Positions 1-7,375 of a stretch of DNA of 18,773 nt are shown piece after piece; the first letter of the stretch is position 1; every line of letters begins with the position of its first letter. The notes beneath the pieces were generated by a model. That model did not search any database. It had not been told where the DNA came from and worked only from the letters and a program-made list of their open reading frames with translations. The stretch covers positions 39,133 to 57,905 of the forward strand of contig CAZDOL010000004.1 in assembly GCA_964507075.1 (NCBI GenBank). Reading direction: 5' to 3'. Made by a program: the position numbers and the translations under genes. This DNA comes from an uncultured Gammaproteobacteria bacterium. Lineage in GTDB: Bacteria; Patescibacteriota; Patescibacteriia; UBA2591; UBA6264.

Positions 1-2
1 AA

Positions 3-881
3 TTATTTTTTTCTTTTAAACAAAAGGAATTGGCTGGCAATGGCAATTGAAGACCAAGTACCAGTCACAATGCCCACCATCATGGCCAAAATAAAATTTT
101 GGGTTGACACTCCGCCGAACAAATAAATTGCCAGAAGGACGAAAATGGTAGTTAAGGACGTATTCAATGATCTAGTTATGGTTTCGTTAAGGCTTAAATT
201 AATTGTGCCAATCATATCTTTAGAGCGATGAAGTAAAAAATTCTCACGAATACGATCATAAATAACAATAGTGTCATTAACAGAGTAGCCCAAGACAGTC
301 AAAATAGCCGTGACAAAATAAACATTAATCTCCACTCCCTTAAAATAACCTAAAATAGCAAAAAATCCCAATAAAATTAAAACATCATGCGCTAAGGCAA
401 TGGTTGCTCCAATACCATATCTCCAAGATTCACCTTTCTTTAAAACACGAGACAATTTCCTAAAAGCCCAAGTAACATATAAAATAATGGCAATCAAAGA
501 TAAAATAATGGCATATCTAGCTTTGCGAGAAGCATCTCTTCCAATAACAGGTCCTACTGATTCATATCTCTCTTCTTGAACATCTCCTAAATTATTTAAA
601 ATTTGTTGATGAACATCTTCAGTAACTTCTACAAATCTCAAAATAATAGAACTTGTCCCAGTAGACCGAATATTAATTTCTCCTAAATCTAAAGGGCTTA
701 ATTGTTCAATAATTTCAGAATTAACTGGCTTTTCTCCGGGATACGCAACTTGTAATATTGACCCTCCCTTAAAATCAATTCCTAATTTTAAACCAAAAAT
801 AGACAAAGCTAAAATTGATATTACCAAAAAAATACCTGATATAAGTAGAAATTTTTTTCCGTGCGAAACAAAGTCAAACAT
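3..881 (-). CDS. secF: protein translocase subunit SecF
   Basis: 292-aa ORF with ATG at 879-881 and TAA at 3-5. It has an N-terminal TM helix, an external loop (GIDFKGGSILQV) and a C-terminal multi-TM block with the SVNDTIVIYDRIRE motif typical of SecF. It lies 21 nt downstream of secD on the same strand. Confidence 0.9.
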   Translation of the reverse strand: MFDFVSHGKKFLLISGIFLVISILALSIFGLKLGIDFKGGSILQVAYPGEKPVNSEIIEQLSPLDLGEINIRSTGTSSIILRFVEVTEDVHQQILNNLGDVQEERYESVGPVIGRDASRKARYAIILSLIAIILYVTWAFRKLSRVLKKGESWRYGIGATIALAHDVLILLGFFAILGYFKGVEINVYFVTAILTVLGYSVNDTIVIYDRIRENFLLHRSKDMIGTINLSLNETITRSLNTSLTTIFVLLAIYLFGGVSTQNFILAMMVGIVTGTWSSIAIASQFLLFKRKK

Positions 882-902
882 AAAATCAATATTATTTTAA
901 AA

Positions 903-2525
903 TTATCTGGTAGTAATCCTCAAAAATGTTCTTGTAACAACAATAGCAGTCAACATACTTAAAAGAACTCCTATTCCTAATGTGAGCCCGAAACCACGTA
1001 CTAGTCCAGAACCAAACTGATAAAGAATGAAGCAAACGATAAGAGTGGTTATATTTCCGTCTCGAATAGCTGTCCATGCGTGACGGAAACCGTCATCAAT
1101 GGCCACAGACAATGGCTTACCTAAACGCCTTTCATCCTTAATACGTTCAAAAATCAAAATATTAGCATCAACCGCCATTCCTAAAGAAATAATAAAACCA
1201 GCCACGCCCGCTAAAGTTAGGGTAACTGGTATTAGTTTATATAAAGCTAAAACAATTAAAGCATAGATTGATAAAGCCACTATTGCTAACAATCCCCTCC
1301 ATTTGTAAAAACCTATCATGAAAATAGCTACCAACAAAAATCCTAAAAGGCCAGCTATAACACTCTTCTCCACTGAAATTTTGCCCAAGCTAGGACCAAT
1401 GTTTTGTTGCCCAACTAATTTAATAGGAACAGGCAAAGCTCCAGCTGACAAACGACGAGCTAATTCTTTGGCTTCAGTTAATTTAAAATCACCGCTAATA
1501 ACTGCTTGGCCACTGGTTATCTTTTCCCGCACTACAGGAATACTCAAGGGATAGTTATCTAAAAAAATAGCCACTGGTTTGTTTATGTTACGACCAGTAA
1601 TTTCTCCGAAAAGCTTTGCGCCTTCTTTATCAAATTCTAAAGAAACCTCTGGTTCTCCGCCCTGAGAACTAAAAGTAACCGAAGCTCTTTGAAGTTGTTT
1701 GCCAGTTAGTCCTGTATATTGCCATTGCCCATTTTGCCTAATCATTTCTTCTGACTGAGTAATAAATAAAATATGACTAGCCATCACTTCTGTAATCTCT
1801 CCTTGGTCATCTATTTTTTCATCTGTCTTTTTAATAATATGATAACCAATATTTGTGGTCACTAATTCTGGAGTAATTTGACCTACTATTAAATCCTCAA
1901 AAACTGCTTTCTCAAACTCCGGAATCATCATTCCTTTTGGAAACCATCCCAAATCTCCACCATTAGTTTTAGACCCTGGGCCCTCTGAATATTCTTGAGC
2001 TAAAAGAGAAAAATCAGCATCTGAAGCCAAGGCCTTTTCCAAAATGTCTTGCGCTCTTTCTTGAGCTTGTGAATTATATTCTGCAATCGCATCTTTTTCT
2101 GATTGACTTAACTCATGCGGAGGAGCCTGTTCTTTGAATTCCAATATTGGTGTTTCTCCAATCATATTCACTGCAGAATGAACATCTTCAATGCCAGGCA
2201 ATTGAATAATCAAATTCCACTCATTTTCTAATTTAGCGGTTTGAATAATAGATTCGGTAACGCCAAAAATATTTACCCTACGCTCAATAACATCTCGAGC
2301 ACCTTCTACTGCAGAAACCTTTTGCCCAGATGGAATATCGCTAGTATCTGTTCTATATGTTAATTGAGTGCCTCCCTGTAAATCAAGGCCCAAATGAACT
2401 TTGTTATTAGAAAACCACTGATGACCAGGGACCCATTCCGGAAGTTGAGGAATATCAATCAACAAAGCTAAAAGAGTAAAAGCAATTATCAAAACAAAAG
2501 TTGTCCAAAGTTTATTGCGATTCAT
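903..2525 (-). CDS. secD: protein translocase subunit SecD carrying an inserted parvulin-type PPIase domain in the P1 loop
   Basis: 540-aa ORF with ATG at 2523-2525. SecD hallmarks are present: LGLDLQGG, VAIFLDN...ISG.F...EA..LA..L..GALP, and a C-terminal 6-TM block with VDANILIFERIKDE. Residues ~150-260 read as a parvulin rotamase (GGDLGWF, IPEFEKAVF, GYHIIKK, ASHILF). Confidence 0.9.
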   Translation of the reverse strand: MNRNKLWTTFVLIIAFTLLALLIDIPQLPEWVPGHQWFSNNKVHLGLDLQGGTQLTYRTDTSDIPSGQKVSAVEGARDVIERRVNIFGVTESIIQTAKLENEWNLIIQLPGIEDVHSAVNMIGETPILEFKEQAPPHELSQSEKDAIAEYNSQAQERAQDILEKALASDADFSLLAQEYSEGPGSKTNGGDLGWFPKGMMIPEFEKAVFEDLIVGQITPELVTTNIGYHIIKKTDEKIDDQGEITEVMASHILFITQSEEMIRQNGQWQYTGLTGKQLQRASVTFSSQGGEPEVSLEFDKEGAKLFGEITGRNINKPVAIFLDNYPLSIPVVREKITSGQAVISGDFKLTEAKELARRLSAGALPVPIKLVGQQNIGPSLGKISVEKSVIAGLLGFLLVAIFMIGFYKWRGLLAIVALSIYALIVLALYKLIPVTLTLAGVAGFIISLGMAVDANILIFERIKDERRLGKPLSVAIDDGFRHAWTAIRDGNITTLIVCFILYQFGSGLVRGFGLTLGIGVLLSMLTAIVVTRTFLRITTR

Positions 2526-2571
2526 ATCAATAAAAAAATTTAAGATTTAAGAATATTTAAATAATTTTAAT

Positions 2572-2599
2572 ATTCTAACAAATAAAAAAAATAAGGCAA
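2572..2599 (-). promoter_or_regulatory. candidate sigma70-type promoter for secDF (TTGCCT-16 nt-TAGAAT on the minus strand)
   Basis: Read on the minus strand: TTGCCT (2594-2599), a 16-nt spacer, then TAGAAT (2572-2577). It sits just downstream of the secA terminator and ~45 nt upstream of the secD ATG. The AT-rich background makes chance matches likely. Confidence 0.3.
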
Positions 2600-2600
2600 G

Positions 2601-2633
2601 ATTAAAAAGTTTGGAGACTAAGTCTCCAAACTT
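2601..2633 (-). terminator. rho-independent terminator after secA
   Basis: 12-bp perfect stem AAGTTTGGAGAC / GTCTCCAAACTT (2607-2633) with a 3-nt loop. It overlaps the secA stop codon and is followed on the minus strand by TTTAAT, which continues the T-run begun by the stem end (CTTTTTAAT). Confidence 0.7.
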
Positions 2634-5325
2634 ATTCGTATTTAGGATAACAGCATTTTTTATATTTTTTATTAGAACCACAAGGACATGGGTCATTCCT
2701 CCCCACTTTTGTTTCTCCTTTTTTGCGAGCTCCCACAAATTTTACTTCTGCTTGTTTTTGAGGTGTAAAATTTTTAACTAAACCAATCTTATAGACAGAA
2801 TATATTATCTGCATATCCATAGCCTGCATTAATTCACTAAATTTTCCGCGAGACTCTTTTTTATATTCCACCAGAGGATCATGCTGGCCGTAAGCGCGCA
2901 AACCAATACCGCCTTTCAAATTATCAATTATCTGCAAATGGGATAACCAATAACGATCAATTGTTTGTAAATAAATTGACAAAAGAAGTCTATTTATTAG
3001 GGGTTTGCCTACCTTAGGATTCTCAATTTCCTTTTCTTTGCTGTTAATTTCATTCTCCAAATTCTTATACTCTTTTTTAGCAACATTAGATATATGTTCC
3101 ACAATATCACTAGCCTTAATAATAGATTTTAATTCTTCCTGCAAACTATCTGGAACTGGAAATATTTTTTTAATAATTTCTATAATAGCCAAAACATCTA
3201 TTTTATCATTTAATGTTTTAGCTTGCACAATTTTCTCTATTTCTTTTTTTATCTTTTCTAAAAAATTTTCTTTTAAGCTTTGATAATCCATCTTCAGAAC
3301 TCTTCTTCTTAAGCGATAAATTGTTTCCCTATGTTTACTTAAAACATCGTCATACTCTAAAAGGTGTTTACGGGTATCAAAATTAAATCCCTCAATTTTC
3401 TTTTGTGCTGACTCCATTGAATGGGAAACTATCTTGCTCTCAATTGGAATATCGTCTGGTATTTTAAATCCCTGCATTAAACTAGCCAAACGACTACCGC
3501 CAAAAATCCTCATTAGATCATCGTCCAAGGATAGAAAAAATTGACTTGAACCATCATCTCCTTGACGACCAGCTCGTCCTCTTAATTGATTATCAATCCT
3601 TCTTGATTCGTGACGTTCGCTACCAATAATATGCAATCCTCCGAGTCCAATAATCTCTTTTTGTTTTTCTAAATCAAAAGGATTGCCTCCCAAAACAATA
3701 TCTACTCCCCTTCCTGCCATATTAGTAGCCACAGTAACTGAACCCAGACGTCCTGCCTGAGCGATAATTTGCCCTTCCTTTTCATGATTAGTGGCATCTA
3801 AAACTTTGCAAGGAATTCCTTCCTTTTCTAAAAGATCTTTGATTATCCTATTCTTTTCTATAGCTCCCACTGTTTTTTCTCCAATAGTAAATCCTCCTGT
3901 GCCAATTAAAATTGGTTGACCATGGGAATGCCTTTCTTTGACGTCTTCAATAATAGCATTGAACTTAGCATCCTTGGTGCGGTAAATCCGATCAGCCAAA
4001 TCCTTTCTAATATTTGGTTTATTAGTTGGAACCGACACTACTTCTAAATTATATATTTTCTGGAATTCTTCGGCCTCTGTTTCTGCTGTACCAGTCATCC
4101 CGGATAATTTTTTATAAAAACGAAAATAATTCTGAAAAGTAATCGTCGCTAGGGTTCTAGATTCTTGTTTAACATCCACATTTTCTTTGGCCTCAATAGC
4201 CTGATGCAAACCATCAGAATAACGACGACCTTCCATTAAACGACCAGTGAATTCATCAATAATTATTATCTCTCCCTTTTGGATAACATAATCGCGATCT
4301 TTCTGAAAAAGAACCGTGGCTTTAAGCGCGGCATCAATATGATGCACTAAATCAAGATTATTGGTGGCCCAAGGGTCCTCGCCCAAGAGAGAAGCCGTCC
4401 TATCTATTCCCTCTTCGCTCAAAATTACTGTTCTTAATTTTTCATCTACCAAATAATCTTTACCGCTTTTTAAACTCTTGACTATATTAGCTAATTTATA
4501 ATAAAGGTTTGCTGACTCACCAGATGGAGCAGAAATAATTAAAGGGGTTCTGGATTCATCAATCAGAATGCTATCAATCTCATCAACAATAGCATAATTT
4601 AATTCCCTTTGTGCGCAATCTTTAAGGTCATGAACTAAATTATCCCTTAAATAATCAAAACCAAATTCATTGTTAGTGCCATAAGTAATATCACATTTAT
4701 AGGCCTGTTGGCGGGATACTGGTCGTAGGTAAGTTTGCTCAACCTTAAAACTTCCAGTTTTGTCTCTTTCTTTATCGCGCTCAGATCCCTGCTCATCTTG
4801 TCTATATGGTTCTGGGTCTATATATTCTGGATCATAAACAAAGGCTCCATCATGAACCAAACAAGCCACATTCAATCCTAAGGCTCTATAAATCTGTCCC
4901 ATCCAAACCGTATCTCTTCGCGCCAAATAATCATTAACGGTTATAACATGAACGCCTTTGCCATCCAGAGCATTTAAATAAATCGGGCAAGTAGAAGCTA
5001 GGGTTTTTCCTTCTCCAGTTTTCATCTCTGCAATTTTGCCTTGATGTAAAACAATGCCACCAATCAACTGCATATCGAAATGCCTTTGTTTTAAAGTTCT
5101 TTTGGCGGCCTCTCTAACCAAAGCAAAGGCCTCGGTTAAAATTTCATCCTTGGTCTGACCTTTAGATAATTTTTTTTGAAAATCAGCGCTTTTTGATTTT
5201 AAATCTTCCGCGCTTAGGTTTTGAAATTTATCCTCAAAAGCATTAATAGCATCAAGCAAAGGCTGAAGTTTCTCAATTTCTTTTTTATTAGAACCACCAG
5301 AAAACAATTTAGACAAAAAACTCAT
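2632..5325 (-). CDS. secA: preprotein translocase ATPase SecA
   Basis: Full-length SecA. It has Walker A (MKTGEGKTL), DEAD-like VDEIDSILIDE, the TGTA and GRAGRQGD motifs, and a C-terminal zinc finger CPCGSNKKYKKCC. The ORF-track start at 5340 is a TTG, so I prefer the ATG at 5323-5325 (MSFLSKLF...). Confidence 0.95.
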   Translation of the reverse strand: MSFLSKLFSGGSNKKEIEKLQPLLDAINAFEDKFQNLSAEDLKSKSADFQKKLSKGQTKDEILTEAFALVREAAKRTLKQRHFDMQLIGGIVLHQGKIAEMKTGEGKTLASTCPIYLNALDGKGVHVITVNDYLARRDTVWMGQIYRALGLNVACLVHDGAFVYDPEYIDPEPYRQDEQGSERDKERDKTGSFKVEQTYLRPVSRQQAYKCDITYGTNNEFGFDYLRDNLVHDLKDCAQRELNYAIVDEIDSILIDESRTPLIISAPSGESANLYYKLANIVKSLKSGKDYLVDEKLRTVILSEEGIDRTASLLGEDPWATNNLDLVHHIDAALKATVLFQKDRDYVIQKGEIIIIDEFTGRLMEGRRYSDGLHQAIEAKENVDVKQESRTLATITFQNYFRFYKKLSGMTGTAETEAEEFQKIYNLEVVSVPTNKPNIRKDLADRIYRTKDAKFNAIIEDVKERHSHGQPILIGTGGFTIGEKTVGAIEKNRIIKDLLEKEGIPCKVLDATNHEKEGQIIAQAGRLGSVTVATNMAGRGVDIVLGGNPFDLEKQKEIIGLGGLHIIGSERHESRRIDNQLRGRAGRQGDDGSSQFFLSLDDDLMRIFGGSRLASLMQGFKIPDDIPIESKIVSHSMESAQKKIEGFNFDTRKHLLEYDDVLSKHRETIYRLRRRVLKMDYQSLKENFLEKIKKEIEKIVQAKTLNDKIDVLAIIEIIKKIFPVPDSLQEELKSIIKASDIVEHISNVAKKEYKNLENEINSKEKEIENPKVGKPLINRLLLSIYLQTIDRYWLSHLQIIDNLKGGIGLRAYGQHDPLVEYKKESRGKFSELMQAMDMQIIYSVYKIGLVKNFTPQKQAEVKFVGARKKGETKVGRNDPCPCGSNKKYKKCCYPKYE

Positions 5326-5341
5326 AAAATTAAAATACAAA

Positions 5342-5680
5342 CTATTTCCTTCTTTTTAGAAATTTTTGCGCCAAACGGCGACGCAACAAACGAAAATTTT
5401 TATATCTTCTTAATTGCCTTTGTAATATTTTTTCTATATCTATAACAGCTGCCCGAAAATGTGAAGCCCTAGAAACAGCCCTTAATATCTTGTTTTGCAT
5501 ACGTAAGTTGATCTCTACCCTGAATAATTGATTTTTGCTATGACTAGGATTATAACTTAAATCAACCTTAGCTTCCCAAATTTTATCAGAAAAATGTGTT
5601 AATTTTTGAATTTTCTCTTCCAAAAAATTTTTATCTTCATCAGATAAAGTAAAATTTTGAACAAAATATTTTATTTCCAT
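5342..5680 (-). CDS. hpf: ribosome hibernation promoting factor / RaiA-family ribosome-associated inhibitor (short form)
   Basis: 112-aa ORF with ATG at 5678-5680 and a GAGGG Shine-Dalgarno 4 nt upstream. The size and sequence pattern (MEIKY....F.L.D..K.F.E.KI.KL..F...I..A.V.L......) match the sigma-54 modulation/YfiA/HPF family. It has a basic C-terminal tail. Confidence 0.8.
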   Translation of the reverse strand: MEIKYFVQNFTLSDEDKNFLEEKIQKLTHFSDKIWEAKVDLSYNPSHSKNQLFRVEINLRMQNKILRAVSRASHFRAAVIDIEKILQRQLRRYKNFRLLRRRLAQKFLKRRK

Positions 5681-5699
5681 AAACCCTCATTTTTTTATA

Positions 5700-5729
5700 T
5701 TTGGACACCGAGTGTCCAAACTTTTTTTT
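5700..5729 (+). terminator. hairpin plus T8 tract, canonical only in the plus-strand orientation
   Basis: 9-bp stem TTTGGACAC / GTGTCCAAA (5700-5720) with loop CGA, followed on the plus strand by C then T8. On the coding (minus) strand the same hairpin is preceded by A8 and followed by TATAAAAAAA. Confidence 0.5.
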
Positions 5730-5733
5730 AAAG

Positions 5734-7308
5734 CTAAATTAGAGAAATGCCACCCATTTCTACGGGTTTATGCAATCCCATAATTTTTAAAATAGTAGGC
5801 GCGACATCAGCTAAAATTCCACTTGGAGTAACAGAATCCAAATTAGCCAACCCTGCAGAAAAAGTCCTATCGCCCACTCCTTTTTTGGTCACAATAAAAG
5901 GAACTGGGTTCGTAGTGTGCTCTTTGTTTATTTCTCCGCTCCTAATATTTATCATTTGTTCACAATTGCCATGGTCGGCAGTAATCACACTTACCCAATT
6001 TTCTTTTAAACACAAATTAACAATTTTCCCCAGTAAACCATCCAAAAATTCTAAGGCCTTAATAGCAGCTGACAAATTGCCAGTATGGCCCACCATATCT
6101 GGATTAGCAAAATTAACCACTACTAACTTATATTGACGTGAGCCAATCGCCCAAAGAACCTGATTAGTAATTTGACTAGCTGACATTTCTGGTTTTTGGG
6201 CATAAGAATCAACTCGAGGAGATGGAATTAAAATTCGTTTTTCATAAGGAAATGGATTCTCTCTACGACCATTAAAGAAAAAAGTCACATGGGCGTATTT
6301 TTCTGTCTCAGCTATATGAACTTGTCCCAACTTTTGAGCGCTAACAACTTCTCCTAAAGTATTATTGATATCTTCCGACAAAAAAGCAACCTTAACTGGC
6401 AAATCTTTTTCATATTCAGTAAGAGTAGCAAAGAACAAGTTTTTTATCTTTTCTCTTTTGAATTTGTCAAATTTGTCTGAAACCAAAGCTTTGGTCAACT
6501 GACGGGCTCTATCCGGACGAAAATTAAAAAATATGACAGCGTCATTGTTTTTAATAGACATGGATTCCTGTTCATCAGATTCTTTAATTACGACAGGAAT
6601 AAATTCTTCATCATATATTCCGGCCTGATGAGAGGATTCAATGGCTTCTAAGGGGCTAGCAAATTCTTGCTCAGCAAAACCTTTAACCATAGCCAAATAA
6701 GTTCTTTCTATTCTTTCCCAGTTATTGTCCCTATCCATAGCATAAAAACGTCCAGAAAGCGTTGCTATCTTGCCTATCTTTAATTCTTCCATTCTCATTA
6801 TTAAGTCAGAAATAAAACCATGAGAGCTATCTTTGGGGGAATCTCTACCATCTAAAAATGCATGAATATAAACATTCTTTATGCCTTTTTTGGCGACTAA
6901 TTCTAAAAGAGCATGTAAATGATTAATAGAGGAATGAATAGCACCACTGGAGATTAAACCTATTAAATGTAAATCTGATTGATTTTTTTTGGTATGTTCA
7001 ATAGCTTGTAAAAATGCTTGATTATCAAAAAAACTATTATCCATAATAGCTTGCGTAATGCGAGGCAAACTTTGCCAAACAATACGACCTCCCCCCAAAT
7101 TCAAATGCCCTACTTCCGAATTTCCCGGCTCGCCCCAAGACAAACCCACCGATTCTCCCGAAGCCTGAATAGTGGTAGCAGGATAATCAGTTACTAATTG
7201 GTCTAAGATAGGTAAACGCGCTGAAGTAACAGCATTGCCGTTGCCAGCTGTGGCCACCCCAAAACCATCCAAAATAATTAGAAGAACTGGTTGAATATTT
7301 TCAGACAT
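5734..7308 (-). CDS. gpmI: 2,3-bisphosphoglycerate-independent phosphoglycerate mutase (copy 1)
   Basis: iPGM hallmarks are present: LDGFG, PGNSEVGHLNLG (catalytic Ser), FLDGRDS, GRFYAMDRD, AETEKYAHVTFFFNGG-like, NPDMVGHTG and TADHGN. The ORF-track start at 7386 is a TTG that overlaps the upstream gene and reads through a GC palindrome. I prefer the ATG at 7306-7308 (MSENIQPVLLIILDGFG). Confidence 0.9.
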   Translation of the reverse strand: MSENIQPVLLIILDGFGVATAGNGNAVTSARLPILDQLVTDYPATTIQASGESVGLSWGEPGNSEVGHLNLGGGRIVWQSLPRITQAIMDNSFFDNQAFLQAIEHTKKNQSDLHLIGLISSGAIHSSINHLHALLELVAKKGIKNVYIHAFLDGRDSPKDSSHGFISDLIMRMEELKIGKIATLSGRFYAMDRDNNWERIERTYLAMVKGFAEQEFASPLEAIESSHQAGIYDEEFIPVVIKESDEQESMSIKNNDAVIFFNFRPDRARQLTKALVSDKFDKFKREKIKNLFFATLTEYEKDLPVKVAFLSEDINNTLGEVVSAQKLGQVHIAETEKYAHVTFFFNGRRENPFPYEKRILIPSPRVDSYAQKPEMSASQITNQVLWAIGSRQYKLVVVNFANPDMVGHTGNLSAAIKALEFLDGLLGKIVNLCLKENWVSVITADHGNCEQMINIRSGEINKEHTTNPVPFIVTKKGVGDRTFSAGLANLDSVTPSGILADVAPTILKIMGLHKPVEMGGISLI

Positions 7309-7334
7309 AATAATGCTTCGCTTAATTTCTAATT

Positions 7335-7354
7335 CCTGCCTGCCGGCAGGCAGG
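7335..7354. repeat. perfect 20-bp GC-rich palindrome CCTGCCTGCCGGCAGGCAGG between the two gpmI genes
   Basis: Read directly from the sequence. It is self-complementary over all 20 nt and lies in the 67-nt gap between the gpmI-2 stop (7376-7378) and the gpmI-1 ATG (7308). No T-run follows on either strand. Confidence 0.85.
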
Positions 7355-7375
7355 CAATCCCCAAGCACCTGTCCT

